Shown here piece after piece: positions 10,882-23,891 of a DNA stretch of 64,000 nt. This stretch comes from Selaginella moellendorffii. Its lineage: Eukaryota > Plantae > Lycopodiophyta. The notes under the pieces were generated by a model that worked only from the letters and a program-made list of their open reading frames with translations, searched no databases and was not told the origin of the DNA. Where the stretch lies: the NCBI RefSeq assembly GCF_000143415.4, contig NW_003314287.1, positions 1 through 64,000 of the forward strand, given 5' to 3'. A program made the position numbers and the translations under genes. Position 1 is the stretch's first letter. Every line of letters begins with the position of its first letter.

Positions 10882-13800
10882 TGTTCCTTAGTCCGACTTT
10901 TATTGGTGCTCAAGTATATCACCACTAGTGTTGGCATCGGAAGGTCCGAGGAGTGGGCCTATCCTTGAGGAGTAGCAAGTCTGGAAGACATGGCTCTCCA
11001 TTACAGTTCATGTGTGAACTTGTAGACGAGGTGGTGGATAGAAAAGGGCCAATAATGGAACGACTTTGGGATCTTGGGAACAGTGCAAGGTTTTCCTCAT
11101 TGAGTTGAGGATGTGATCCGGATGAGCATTTGTCTCAGCAAATTGGCTTAGGTTGTTGTGGTAAACAACTAAAGTTGGGATCACGGGAAAGATAGAGACT
11201 CCAAAACAATAAAGGAGTCACAAGATTATCCTCATATAGTTGAGGTTGGTGCTCATGAATGTGAGACCAAAGGTAATGACCGTGGAAGGTCAAATACGGA
11301 AGAGGACTCAAGTCCTTGAAATGGTGGCCGGGGCTACCTCTAATAAATGCTGGAACAACCCAAGGAGTTGGGGGTGTATTAAGTGGATGAGTTGGTATTC
11401 TCATCACATGGACAAGTAGTCCTAAGGGGCAAAGGTTGCCCCCAGAGAACAAAATCAAGTGTCGGAGTAACACTTGTGAAAATAGTCCTTTTGAGTAGGA
11501 CCGGAATGCAAGATGTGTATTCCAGTGAGCTAGTGCCTCACAAGTAGGACCTTACGAGTCGGTGGATTAACCAAGTCCAAAACTGCTAGACGACTCAAGT
11601 AGAGTCCTAAAAAGGACGGAATGAAGCATTTGGACTGAGGTGCGTTGTACCCCACAAAGGATGGGGGGGGATCATAGGATCCAAGGATGAGAACAGAGAG
11701 TATCTCATCGATGGCAAAATGTGCCATGCTAAAGTTATGGGAAAGGTGTTCCCAGAAGAAAACAACTTTGACATAAAGTTGTGACCTCTATGGGGCAGTG
11801 CTAACAGATGGTTGGCATGAGAAAGAGCGGTGTTGGTCTTGGCAAAGACTTAGACACGAAGGAAAATGTCATAGAGGTAGGCTCGTGGAGCCGATGGTGT
11901 GGAGACACCAAATGTGCCAAGGTGTGATACCTTGAGACTATGTTGGTGGGTTTATGAGAACCCCTTGCCAAAGGAAACCCAATGGAAATGGGAATGGCAT
12001 AGCCTAAGCTGCAGAGCATGCAGTTGGAGTGTGGTGACCCAGATAGTGATGGAGGTGTGAAAGCACCAAGCAATGAGTTGTAGGACTTGACAACTATGAG
12101 GCAACTAAGCAAGAGGTGCAAAATAACTGGTTAAACGGGTAGAAGGTAGCTACCCAAGACTTCTAGTATAGGGAAGTCGGATATACCCTTACGGGGGATA
12201 AGTTGCTTATGTTGCGATATAGTAAGTCAATGTCATAAAAGGAAATACTCATTGTGAAGAAAGCCATCATTGGGACACCCGAACACTCTAGAACACCAGA
12301 AGGTGGTGTTTGATGTCGCGAGGGCAATGGATAAAGCCCAAGGGACTAAGTCCCTAGCGAATGATGGATAGAAGGTGCTATCCAAATGTCCAAGGTTGCG
12401 GAGATAGGAGAGGACTGTCTACCCAAGTTGGACAAAGCCAAAAATGGAATTTTGGCAAGGCTAGTGATGGGCATGTAAAGGCCCATAAGCAACAACGTAA
12501 CCCCAGTGTGTGGGATTATAAGCTGAGCATACCCGGATTGAGGAACCACTCCCTAGGCTATTGGGTAGGTTCATCCCTAAGAATACTTGCTAAGGCATGA
12601 TAGTAAGTGCAAAGCTATCCTCCTGGTCTGGAGGAGAATGACCAAAGGAAAGGTGTGAAGCCAAAGGCAAGTAGTGTTGGGATGGAACTGAACCATAGAA
12701 ATCAAAGGGCATATCCAATAGTGGTTATGAAAGTTGGGAGTGGAGAATCAAGAGGGTGCTCGAGGATGTTGTTGCTAGCAACCGTGATGCCATGGAGAGT
12801 CTAAAATATGGAATTGTCCATGTTAGACTATATGGCAACTATAAAGCTTGCGAAAGGGGAGGCCTTAGCAAGCTGAGGGACAGAGTTCCTTCAAGGTTCC
12901 CAAAGATGATTCTAGGTAGCGTAGTACCTAAAAAGGCCAAGTGTAAATGGTTCATGGAACGCGCGAAATCAGAGTGGCGCAGCAGAAGCGTGGTCTTGAA
13001 GCTTGCCATGAGGCAAGGTTATCAAGGTTAGGGAAGTAGTTCCCAAGTGTTCAAAGAGAGGGCTTTGAACGAAAGTCGATGGTCAAGGACTTTCACGCTT
13101 ATGCAGGAACCATGTTACAATGGTCGGAGGACTTGCCAAAGTGAGATTGGCACGTCGGGGGAACAAAGACCCTAGTTGAAGGTGATATCTTCAAAAAGGG
13201 TGGGCCAGGGGGCCGAGCATGGAGGAGTCCATGCATGATCACAGACATGTCAAGTGAGAGGACTTGGCAGTGTGGAGGAACTAGGTTCCTAAGCTGTGAT
13301 CTGTAGCGCGCTTTAAAAATAGGTTGGTGCACCGGCGTGGGGAGTCACGCCAGGCATCTAGTGTGATGCCGTCCGTAGATGCATATATGGAGGTTGGGTT
13401 CGAGTCCCGACCCTCTAGTGCTTGGGTTCGAGTCCCAAATCACTAGGGCGTGGTGATGGTTTGGAATATGAGGACACTCATATTTCGGTGGTCATGGACT
13501 CTCAGTGGGGAGACTGGTTTGGGCACACCGCCAAGCGAGGGATGCCTCGGAGTCGTGATGCACGGTTAGATTGCTTAGTGTGAAAGCTCGGCATATCTAA
13601 CTTGAACGCTTTGGTGCAAGTGGCACCAAGGTCGTGGTGAGTGAGATGGGGACACCTAATCTCAGTTGCTATGAACCCTTGGCCGTAAGGGCTAGCTTGG
13701 GTGCACCGCCAAGTGTGGGGGATGCCCCCGGGGTTATAGTCAACAACTTGGAGGTCTAGAAGACCAAGTACCTCTTGGCAACTCTGTTAAGGTGCCAAGG

Positions 13801-14896
13801 TGAGATCACTAGGTGATCTTATGGCCAGATAAGGACAAGGTCCTTGGTTGGCTAAGGAATGAAGTTCCTGGTTCAAAATGTTGAAATTGAACTGTTTAAG
13901 ATGGTGTGGCTTGGTCGTGATGACCAAGTGGGAAGAGCACCTAAGGGAAATAAACTATGTCCGTCCGATGGCATAGTAAGTCCGAGGAAAGTAGTCTCTA
14001 TAAAAGACCCATGGGAGGGTCATGAAGTTGGGCCATGGATAGAGCCCATAGCAGAATATGCTAAAGAGACATACTAGGGGTGAACACCCTCCGGACTTGG
14101 CAAAGAAGAGTCTTTGCTATGGAACCGAAAGGATACCTCAAAAATGGAGGTAGCGATCCGATGTTGCTGGGTGCAACAATCAAGGATAGGAGCAAAGGAC
14201 TAGTGGCCAAAGTTTGGGCCATGGAATTTAATGGAAGGGATCCAAATGGCAAAGTTAGCCAAGGAACACTAATGTGTTAGATGCTAACAGCTTGTGGGAA
14301 AGGAAGCAGACTTTCAAGGATGGATTCCTAAGTGCTCCAATTTGGCGAAGTAAAGGCTCCAAGTGAGGGAGCGGTAAGGTAGCCAAATGATAGGGCCATG
14401 GACAGCCTTAGCACAAAGTATGATAAATGCAACTTTGCCCAAGGTGGCACGAAATAGAAGAGAGGATGATGGTGCCCTCAAGTAATGAACTTCCTAGGAT
14501 AGGGAAGTGGAGTTGCACAATCTGTGCAATGCAAGGTTTTGGAGACACCTAGAAAATTGACTTCCAAAAAGTCAAAAGAGTAAAAGTTCCAAGGTGCAAA
14601 CATTCAATAGATGGGAATTGAGACTACTCGAGGAGTAGTGGGATTGACTTAGAGAAGGGTCTCTAAGAGGTTTAGCGAGAACTAAACCAATAAAAGGGGA
14701 GAACCATTACATGTGGTCCAATCAGTCTCTAAGTTGGAGAGACTACACCCCTTAAAGGATGGACAAGGCATGGTGAGCCTTTGATGTCAAACCATAGACA
14801 AAGATTGGCTAGGTGCCAAGGATGGAAATGGTAACACGTGTGGGTGTTACTTTATGAAAGGGTTTACCGTTCGATGAGGACATCGAACTTCGTCTA

Positions 14897-14909
14897 TGGG
14901 TGGTGGAGT
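14897..14909 (+). other. Polypurine tract of B
   Basis: TGGGTGGTGGAGT directly before the 3' LTR. Confidence 0.85.
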
Positions 14910-16511
14910 TGTGAGACACAAAATCCCTAGGCCCCAAAGTGGAGCCGGAAGGGCGCCACATGGTAGTGGCCGAAGCGAGAGCCAAACGAGCGTAACACGT
15001 TTGGACCAAAAGCTCCGACTTGAAAAGTCAAGAGCGGGAGTGGAACTCCCAACGAAGTGCTCGAGGAACGAGCACGAAGCGAGCAAAAGGCGAGGCTCCA
15101 AAAAGGGACCCAAAAGGACCAACACATGACACGTGGGAGTGTCCGAGATGGACTCGAGATGGAGTCCGAAGTGGAGTCCGAGGTGGACCCGAGATGGACC
15201 CGAGTTGGAGTCCGAAGTGGAGTCCGAGATGGAGTCCGAAATGGAGTCCGAGATGGAGTCCGAGATGGAGTCCGAGTTGGAGTCCAAGGTGGACCCGAGA
15301 TGGACCCGAGTTGGAGTCCGAAGTGGAGTCCGAGATGGACCCGAGATGGAGTCCGAGATGGAGTCCGAGATGGAGTCTGAGGTGGACCCGAGATGGACCC
15401 GAAATGGAGTCCGAGATGGACCCGAGATGGAGTCCGAGATGGAGTCCGAGATGGAGTCCGAGATGGAGTCCGAGTCCGAGTCCGAGTCCGAGTCCGAGTC
15501 CGAGTCCGGAGACTGAGAGGGTGAAAGCCCAAAGCGTTCGTCTCCCAGACCCTGGGGGGTTTGGTGAGCTCCAAAAGTATAGTAGGGGGAGGACTGCAGT
15601 GGAGCCAGTTTGGCCAGGAAAGGCCAGTTTGGCCCAGGAAGGCCAGACCTAGTGTTGGGTGATGAGCTGCCCACCGGGAAGTCCAAGACTAGAGTGAACA
15701 CAGACCGACAAGCGGGGTAGCTTGGTGAAGTGTTCAAGAGCCGGCTCTAGTTCCCCCGGGAGATCGATTGGCCAATGCTCCCAGTCTAAGTGTGGGTGGC
15801 ACTACCTACTTGGATACCTGGTGTGGCTCAATGGAACCCGCTCTAAGCCCATGGCTAGAGCACCCAAGGGCAGAAGGCGAGGAGAGTACCTAGGTGGCTC
15901 GTGTAAGGCCACGGTGTTCCGAAATGTCGTCCCAAAGGCCCAGACTGTGGAAAGGAAGAGGAGCAGTCCTCTGGGGTAGTGACCAAGGACACAGTCGTGT
16001 GGTGAGGAAGTCCCAGAGGACCGTGGGACTTAGTGGTCGGGCCTGTGGGCCTCGATCTAGTGGCAGTGTTGGCAAACACGGCCAGGGGCAGAAAGGGACT
16101 TGGTAGGAACTGACAAAGGGACTTTGGGGAAGGCGATTCCCCAGGTCTGTGGGCATCCTAAGGATGCTAAGGAGTGGATCCAGGATGACCCCTCGTAGAC
16201 AGATGGCCCAGTCTTGGAGAGACGGGATGGTGATGCAAGTGGTATTGGACCATTTGCACAGCAAAGGTGAATGGGCATGGCCTTAGCGTAACGGGCCGAG
16301 ATGTCAGTGGTACCTTTGGGTGTCGGTCATGGGATCGGACACGTGGAGCACTTGGACCAAGTGCAAAGGTTGAGTGGCATGGATGCCATTCTCGGGGCTA
16401 GCAAGCCCCAAGTCCTGAATTGGACTTATGGAGGTTGTGAATGAGACTCCTCCAAGTGGTCGGAGGTGTGGTTAAGTGACTAAAGTAGAATGGAAAAATT
16501 AGTCGCTTACA
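14910..16511 (+). repeat. 3' LTR of element B
   Basis: TGTGAG...CTTACA, followed by TSD ATGTG. Confidence 0.93.
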
Positions 16512-16516
16512 ATGTG

Positions 16517-19500
16517 GTCTGCACATCATCCCAAAAGGTTGTTGTCGTGCTTGTAGCACACGTGGTTTTGACCCTTTATCCTATGGTGATTTACCATAGG
16601 ATAACACCACAAAGCGGAACCTAAACCTCTTTGTGCCACATGACAGATGCCACGTGTCACATACCACGTGTCCATGCCACGTGTCCATAGGAACCCGAGG
16701 TTCAGGGCCTTGGGCCACTGAACGAAGGAACGGTGCCAAACTCCCAAGCGTGACGCCAAGGAGTGATGGAACCGGACCACGGAGCAACTCCCGAGCATAT
16801 AGCCCAAGGAGCGAAGGGACAGGAGCCCGGAGTGACTTGGAACAGTCCTGGAGCAACCAGCATCCCAATGCCAGGACCAGCACGCAAAACGGAGCCAAAC
16901 AGAGTCTGGTGCTATTTCGGCATACCGGTGGCCTAACGTGAGGATATGGGTACTCCACCAGCTAGCATGGAATGGAACTTGGGCTTAGACCCAAGCCAGC
17001 GCCAAAAAAAGGAAGGGCCCCCAAGGGGGGGATAAATTTTCCCCCAGGTTGTTGGGCCAAGCTTTACCCCCCCCATTTCCCTTAAAAAAATTGGGGACCC
17101 CCAATGGGCCCCCCCCCCCCCCCCCCCCCCCCCCCTTCCCGCCTTGAGGAACACACGCTTTGGGCTTTCACCCCAAGCCTCCCATAGTATCAGGAGTTAG
17201 TCTCTGGGACAAAGTTGAAACTTACTAAATATGGAATGTCCTTAGATTGTGAATTTGGACACGGGACGAACACCATTGTGTTCAGGCCGATCTCTACATT
17301 CCGTAGATATGCCAAATGAGCAAATCTGGACACTTTCCATAAATAGTATTTGGGACAAATTGAGACTAACACAGAGGGCATGATAGCGAGGGTGTTTGGC
17401 AGACACGGTAAGCTATCATGTAGCGATATTGAGGGACCAATCTCAATACGCGAGGGTTCTTGTCAAGCCAGTGCAAGACAGAGCAAAAGAGAACTAACAA
17501 GTCGGGCCGAGTATGCTCAGCTAAATAGACACTTAGGAATTCCTTCCTTATGCTCATCCGGCCAAGTACAGATGCAAAGTCCAGTTTACTAACACTTGAA
17601 CAAGAGGGACTAATAAAGGGTCCAGCAATACCGACCTTCTGCCATCGTGGCAGTAAGGTAAGAGTGTCCGTAAGGACTGGCCGACAGGTAACTTTCGATA
17701 CCTGAAGTCACATTCGCGACAGTGCTGGATATAGCCGACTTCAAGCTCGCTTTTCGACTTAGCGCATCTGCCACGATGTTGCTCTTCCCAGGCTTGTACA
17801 GAATCTCGCAATTAAACTCGGCCAAAGCATTGGCCCACCGACCTTGTTTTCCCCTCAGGTTGGGCTGTGACAAGAAGTGTTTCGTTGCCACATTGTCCTG
17901 TAAACTTTGAAGTGTCTCCCAAGGTAGTGTCGCCACTCCTTGAGCGCCTTAACCACCGCAAACAATTCCTTCTCATGGGCAGGCCACTTCTGTTGAGCCT
18001 TGTCCAACTTCTTTGAGAAGAACACTACTGGATGGTTGTCTTGCTTCAAAACTGTGCCCAACACAAAGTCTGAAGCATCCGTTTCTACCTCAAAGTCCTT
18101 ACCAAAGTCTGGTAATGCCAACACGGGAACCTTCCTCAACTTCCCCTTGAGGTGGACGAATGCCACCTCGCATTCTGCTGTCCATACCATCTTCCCTTTT
18201 CCCGTGTGGTCCGTTAAGGGCAGGGCTACTCTCGAATAGTGTCTGATAAACTTTTGATAGTAGTTGCATAACCCCAAGAATGCCCTTAACTCGTGTACAT
18301 TTGATGGTCGCTCCCAATCTTGGATCGCTTGGACCTTCTTAGGGTCCACCTTGAGCCCGTCCTTGCTCACCACATGCCCGAGAAACTTTACCTCTTGTTG
18401 AGCAAAGTCACATTTGCTCTCTTTAGTATACAGCTAGTGTTCCCTTAGTTTCTCAAACACCTTCGTCAAGTGTTTGGCATGCTCCTCTAGTGTTTCGCTA
18501 TAGATCAGGATATCGTCAATATAGACGACCACAAAGTGATCCAGATAGGGTACAAAGTTATGGTTCATCAACGTCGAAATTGTTGCCGGCGCATTGCATA
18601 TCCCGAAGGGCATCACCAGAAACTCGAAGCTCCCATACCTCATTCGACAGGTTGTCTTCTTGACATCTTCCTCTGCTACCCTGATCTGGTAGTATCCTGA
18701 TCTTAGGTCAATCCTCGAGAAGTATTTTGCATTTCCCAACCTATCAAACAGGTCCTCAATCCTTGGCAAAGGGTATTTGTTTTTCTTTGTATATTTGTTG
18801 AGCAACCGGTAGTCTATGCACATGCACATAGATCCATCTTTCTTTTTCACAAATAGCACCGGCACCCCATACGGCGACTTGCTCAACCTAACATACCCTT
18901 TTTCCACCAACTCCTTTAGTTGGCGCTTGAGCTCCGTGAGTTCTTTTTCGTTCAAATGATAGGGGGGACGAACCACCACCTTAACACCCTCAACCAGCTC
19001 AATCTTATGTTCTATCGGTCGTGCGGGGGGCAACCCCACTAATACCTCCTCCGGCATGGTATCCTGGAATTGATCCAACACCCGTTGGATCACTAAAGGT
19101 ACTTCTTCTGTTCCTGTCTTTTTGTCACTACTCACCGAGAGTAAGCACAAAAATGCAGCCTTGGTCCCTTTAGTGAGTTGTCCTTTCGTGGACACTAGGT
19201 TTAGGCACGAATCTTTGGCCTTGTATTGCCCTACTTTTAGATCCTGGGCCTCCACCCTAGATCTGCTTCCTTAGGCATTCGCTAGTACCACAAGGTTCTT
19301 ACCTTGTCCATGCAGGGCTACCATGAACCGATTGAACCAATCCATCCTGAAGATCACGTCAAATCCTGCCATGTCCAACATGGTGAAATCCATGTCTACT
19401 TTCTAAGTCCCTACTTCGACTCTCACTTGTCAAAGTACCTCATCGGTGCTTTGGCTACCTTGAACAAACTCTATAATCCTTGGTTCGCCTAGCTGCTGCA

Positions 19501-19855
19501 CCATTAGTCTGGCTTGCTGGACTATGTCTGCAGCCACAAAATTATCTGAAGTACCCGTGTCAGTAAGGATCTTAACAAAGCTACCTCCAAGCTTCCTTCG
19601 GAGGGCTAGTAGATGTCGTGAACGACTCTCTACCAAAGTTGCTCGTGTAATGAGTAACTTTGAGCTAGGGACTGAAGCACATACCTCAATTTGAACTTCA
19701 CCCGACTTAATGGCCATATTAGCTCTGGCCTTCTTCGGGCAGGGACATTCCCTCGAAAAGTGTCCCGCTTCACCACAGTTGTAGCATATGTTGTTTCCCA
19801 CGCTGCTAAATGACTTGACCTTCTTATCCGTGGGTTTGTCTCTTTTTGCTTGACT
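16517..19855 (-). mobile_element. Copy C continued (RNase H, RT, protease, CCHC), decayed and split by a solo LTR
   Basis: Homologous to A 4900-7064 with stops and frameshifts; ends abruptly at 19855. Confidence 0.92.
16552..17721. mobile_element. Solo LTR (family D) inserted in C
   Basis: TGTAGC...CGACA termini; TSD GTGCT at 16547-16551 and 17722-17726; similar to 34830-35947. Confidence 0.92.
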
Positions 19856-20328
19856 GACAAGTACCTTTTTAGCTTTTGCGAAGATAGCTCTAGATCATGG
19901 CATTTTGTGAGATCGTGACGAGAAACGTTAGGTAGATCTCTCTAAAGAACCTGACAGCCCAAGGTATTGGAGATGTAAATACACTCAAAAACAGTGAGTT
20001 TCGATCTGGAAAGTATGGAAGTATGTAAGATAACTAAAAACATGACAGTTAACCTCTCGATTCTGTCACGGCTTGAAATAAGTCAGCCATGTTTCCTGCT
20101 CCGAAAGCCACTCAAAAGAAAACTAGATCGCAAACTCACCAGTAAAAGCTTAATCATGGCTTGAGTAGTGCGCTTTAGTTAATTTAATTATATTTATTTA
20201 TTATCATTATATAGATATTTATATATATGAGTGCTATAGAATAAGAATATTACTTGGTGTCTAAACCCCTATTATATACCAAAATAGATTTAGTCCATAT
20301 GCTATAATTTAAGTATTACACAGGTAGG

Positions 20329-20332
<4 letters not shown>

Positions 20333-20388
<56 letters not shown>
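20333..20388. repeat. (TA)n microsatellite
   Basis: About 28 uninterrupted TA units. Confidence 0.97.
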
Positions 20389-20391
<3 letters not shown>

Positions 20392-21243
20392 TATGTATTT
20401 ATCATCTCCTCCAAATGATGAAAAAATAATGGCAATGAGTTAGGTAGAACATCTAGAACTTCCATTGGGTGATTATACATTGTTATAAGAACCTAAAACT
20501 CCTATAGAAAATTATTAACAACTATGATAGAAATAAAAACCTAAAGCTATAGCACAAACATTACTCAACTAAAGAACTACCACTCAATATATAACTGTAA
20601 AATACTCAAACTAATCTCAAGTTATAACTTTGAACCAAAATAAAGGATTTTAAGAGCCATTTCAATTCACAAAACACCATTGTAACAAATGATATATCCC
20701 ATTTTTAAGTTTGTCTATTGGTCATCCTCTAATACCATCATTAACTTGGGACTCATTACTATCAACAAAACCTATTTTTGCGTTTTTCCTTTAGTTAACC
20801 TCTAAAGTCTATGTTAACTCATACTTATGACTGTCATCCTTATCTAGCACTGCACATGGGAGGTCAAACTTAAATCATTTATTCTCCATATTTTCTTTAA
20901 AAAAGGATCATAGAGCAGGATTATAGAGCAGGATCATAGAGCAAAAAAAGGATCATAGAGCAGATTTAAGAATTAACACTTACTCCACAAAATTTCCAAC
21001 ACATCTTTACATTTATCTCCAAAATAATCAAATTCCTTATCAATGCTAGGAATTAATTTGAGCTTATATACATTGTCTTTCCATAAACTCAATTCTTGAA
21101 TATTTTTTAAGAACTAAATTGGATCATTCATATCTCTCTAATAAATATAATAATTATATATAAGTTCTTGAGTTTGGTCTTGAGAGGTCACCTAAACCAA
21201 TATTATTCAAACTCAAAATGCTTAGCCATAAATATTTTAGATT

Positions 21244-22248
21244 ACAAGAGGCTATGGATGAGGAATCCTTGCATGTGAAAGACTCCAGTGAAGAAACTTC
21301 CAAACAGGAGTCCGGTGGCGAGGTGTGGTTATCTAAGGCTTGATTGGACATTCTAGAAGGACAATGGGCACAGACCAATGCCCTGCTGGAGACTCTCGTA
21401 CGCAAGCTAAAGCGTGACGAGAAGCGGAAGAAAAAGTGAAAGACTGCGGATGCTGGCAGCGTAGAAGGTGCGGACCCTTCGGTAGAGACTGAGGCAGAAC
21501 CAAACAAAATCGAACAAACCAAAGTGGAATCAGTCCCTTAGGCAGTTCCCAAGTACAAACCAAAGCCCCACCAGTCTTCAAGGGAGTGAACGACTATAAG
21601 GTGGTGGAGGATTGGTTTTATGATATAGAGGACTACTTCCAAGCATTGCGGTTACCGAGCCTGGAGAAGGTCCCATGTGCAAAACCATACTTGGCAGATA
21701 ATGCCAAGTCTTAGTAGAGAACGATGGAGGCCAACGAAGGACCGGTGGCCACTTGGGACATGATGAAGGCGAAGATCCACACGACTTACGTTCCTCCGAA
21801 TGGTACTCTACATCTAAGAGACGAGCTGAGTAGGCTGAAGCAGACCGAAACCATTCAAGAGTATGTGAATGGGTTTATGGCAAAGAGGATACTTGTCACG
21901 GACATGGGGGATATGGATGTGTTCCATGCCTTTATATCGGGCTTGCAAACCTGGGCTCGCGGCGAGGTGATGCGTTGGAACCCGACCAATTACAAAGAAG
22001 CATTAGATGCGGCTATCAAGGTGATCTATAAAAGTGCAAATATAGAGAAAAAAAGGCCTATAAATAAAAGTACACCCTTCGATAACCTGCGAAAGGGGAA
22101 CATGATGGGGTCGGGGTCCACATTTAACAAAGGGGCCAAACCAAGGGGAACATATAGCAAAGGAAAATTCAAGAAGAGTTTCTCTAAGAATAAGTCCTCG
22201 GGGTTTCGGAAAGGCAAATCCGGTGGCCAGCAAGCAAGTACGTGGGAG
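21244..22248 (+). mobile_element. Inverted gag fragment of copy C
   Basis: Homologous to gag of A (about 7065-8021) on the opposite strand; ends exactly where the C fragment at 19855 begins; contains stops. Confidence 0.88.
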
Positions 22249-22430
22249 CTTTTTCCATCTCTCTAGACAGTGGCTTAAGCTTGTTTTTACTTATTGGATT
22301 CAAGGACCATATGGACGACTTACAAGAGTAAGCTCGTCAAACTTTAGCAGCGGATTGTTATCTTTAAGCTTGAAATGTATAGATCCTTTTCGATTTTATT
22401 CTTTCTGATTTTGGTGCTTCTCTTAATTTA

Positions 22431-22999
22431 CTAGAGGCCGTAGAGGCTGCAAATGACGAAGTTTCCATGGTCGTTGCTTATGTGCAAGTTGAGGTCAATG
22501 CTTGTTCTATGCTGGCCAGTTACCATCTGCGCCTCAGGTAGCCTCCAGATTCGAACCAACAAGAGCAATGTCGCTGCAAGTGGCCCAAAAACCACCTTCT
22601 CTGCCATAAGCCAGGCTGCCATTGAGATTTGTGAGTGTGTTATCGAGCAGTGTCCGTGCTGGATACTCTCCAGAGCAGTTGACTTCGAGTGGTATTTGGG
22701 ATCCTTGCAGCTGTCAGCACAACTGATTGAATGGCAAACAAAGAACAATCACATTTTCGAGCAAAGTTAGTGTTTCCTTACATATTTGTGAGTGAGCAGT
22801 GTCATGCTGTGCCAGAGAAGTTGGCTTCAAGTATGTCGGTATCGCAAAAGTATCTATGGTCCTTGTAGCTGTTAAAAAACGCACTGCAGCACAACTGATT
22901 GAATGGCAAACAAAGAACTCTTTAAACTTATGTTCCTTAACATATGCTTTGATGAACTTGTGAAAGGAGGAGCAGCAGTAGCATTGCTATGAACGCCAT
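22431..22999 (-). pseudogene. Cyanovirin-N homolog (CVNH) pseudogene
   Basis: Paralog of 25545-26009 (MAF signal exon, SCKDPKY, TSIDLNLHISNDHGN) with deletions, frameshift and internal duplication. Confidence 0.8.
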
Positions 23000-23127
23000 T
23001 TGATGCGAAGGCATAAAATAAGCATTCAAGTTTGAAGCTGGCGGAAAGAATAATTTCTAAAGTTTGTTTTCTTTGATAATCATAGTTGTTTGGATTGTAG
23101 CAACATCATTTAATAAAAGGTGGCTTT

Positions 23128-23385
23128 GTGACAAGAGTTTTGGTTCTTTTAGCATCTTGGGTAATGTTTTCTATTCTCGTCTTTGAAAATGAAGCAATGC
23201 ATTAGCCACTAATTATTCTGGAAGTGACATAGATCTTCATTGAAACAACAAGAACTTAAGAAAGTGATCCTCAAGATAAAGAGGATTTTGAATGGCCACT
23301 GAAGATATATAGTACATTTTTGTGGTGTGCATCGGAACAACATGGGTGTCATAAAAGTGTGATAAAAGGAGCATGCAATCAGTTG
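23128..23385 (+). pseudogene. S1/SPH family pseudogene
   Basis: Deleted, frameshifted copy of 26213-26602 (VLLASW, TNYSG.DIDLH, FLWC); ATG lost. Confidence 0.75.
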
Positions 23386-23441
23386 TGTTTATTAATATAA
23401 ATACTTTTTACTCCTCAGGAAAATAAGATAAAGTTGAATTT

Positions 23442-23891
23442 TTACTGATCTCTATTTTGATTACAAAACACTAACTTGTTATTTTGATAAGAAATCCATA
23501 AGTTCAAGTCAATAGTTGTGTAATGAGGATAAGAAGCTACTGAAGCACATTTTGTTTTTAAAATGGATCCTTCAAGTGTTGTACCTTGACATGAATGTGT
23601 AAAATAACCATTATCATGTGATCCCACAGTAATAGCTTGAATGTTTCCATTTACATTTGTTAAATAGTATTCTAAATCTAGTTCCACATCATTTGGACAA
23701 TTTGCTTGTAAAACACTATCTCCAAGCAATTGAACATCTGGACAATGATATAGTAATCCATAGCACTAAACGATTAAGAAGGAATTAACAAAGAAAAACT
23801 TCAGACATTAGCTTACATTATCAGTTTGAATAAAGCAGTCAATGAATGTTATAAGAAAATTCCACATAATCAAAACATAAACTATTTTCAT
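23442..23891 (-). CDS. Secreted CVNH (cyanovirin-N-like) lectin, divergent paralog; exons 23891-23817 and 23765-23442
   Basis: Hydrophobic signal exon, 51-nt phase-0 GT-AG intron, two CVN repeats (VLQANC...LDLEYYLTNVNGNI; FTHSC...LKTKC...TIDLNLWISYQNNKL). Confidence 0.78.

Larger units (their letters stand above)
1724..16511 (+). mobile_element. Non-autonomous (LARD-like) LTR retrotransposon B, with 5' LTR interrupted by element A
   Basis: TG...CA LTRs (1724-1770 plus 9306-10866; 14910-16511), nearly identical. TSD ATGTG at 1719-1723 and 16512-16516. PBS and PPT present. The 4-kb interior has no intact gag/pol ORF. Confidence 0.9.

Noticed and set aside
10867-14896. Short ORFs in the interior of B as novel genes
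   Set aside because: All are at most about 110 aa, on both strands, with no motifs; consistent with decayed retroelement sequence.
17000-17140. Homopolymer-rich divergent stretch in the solo LTR
   Set aside because: Compared with 35260-35370 it looks like low-quality base calls beside a poly-C run, probably a sequencing artefact.
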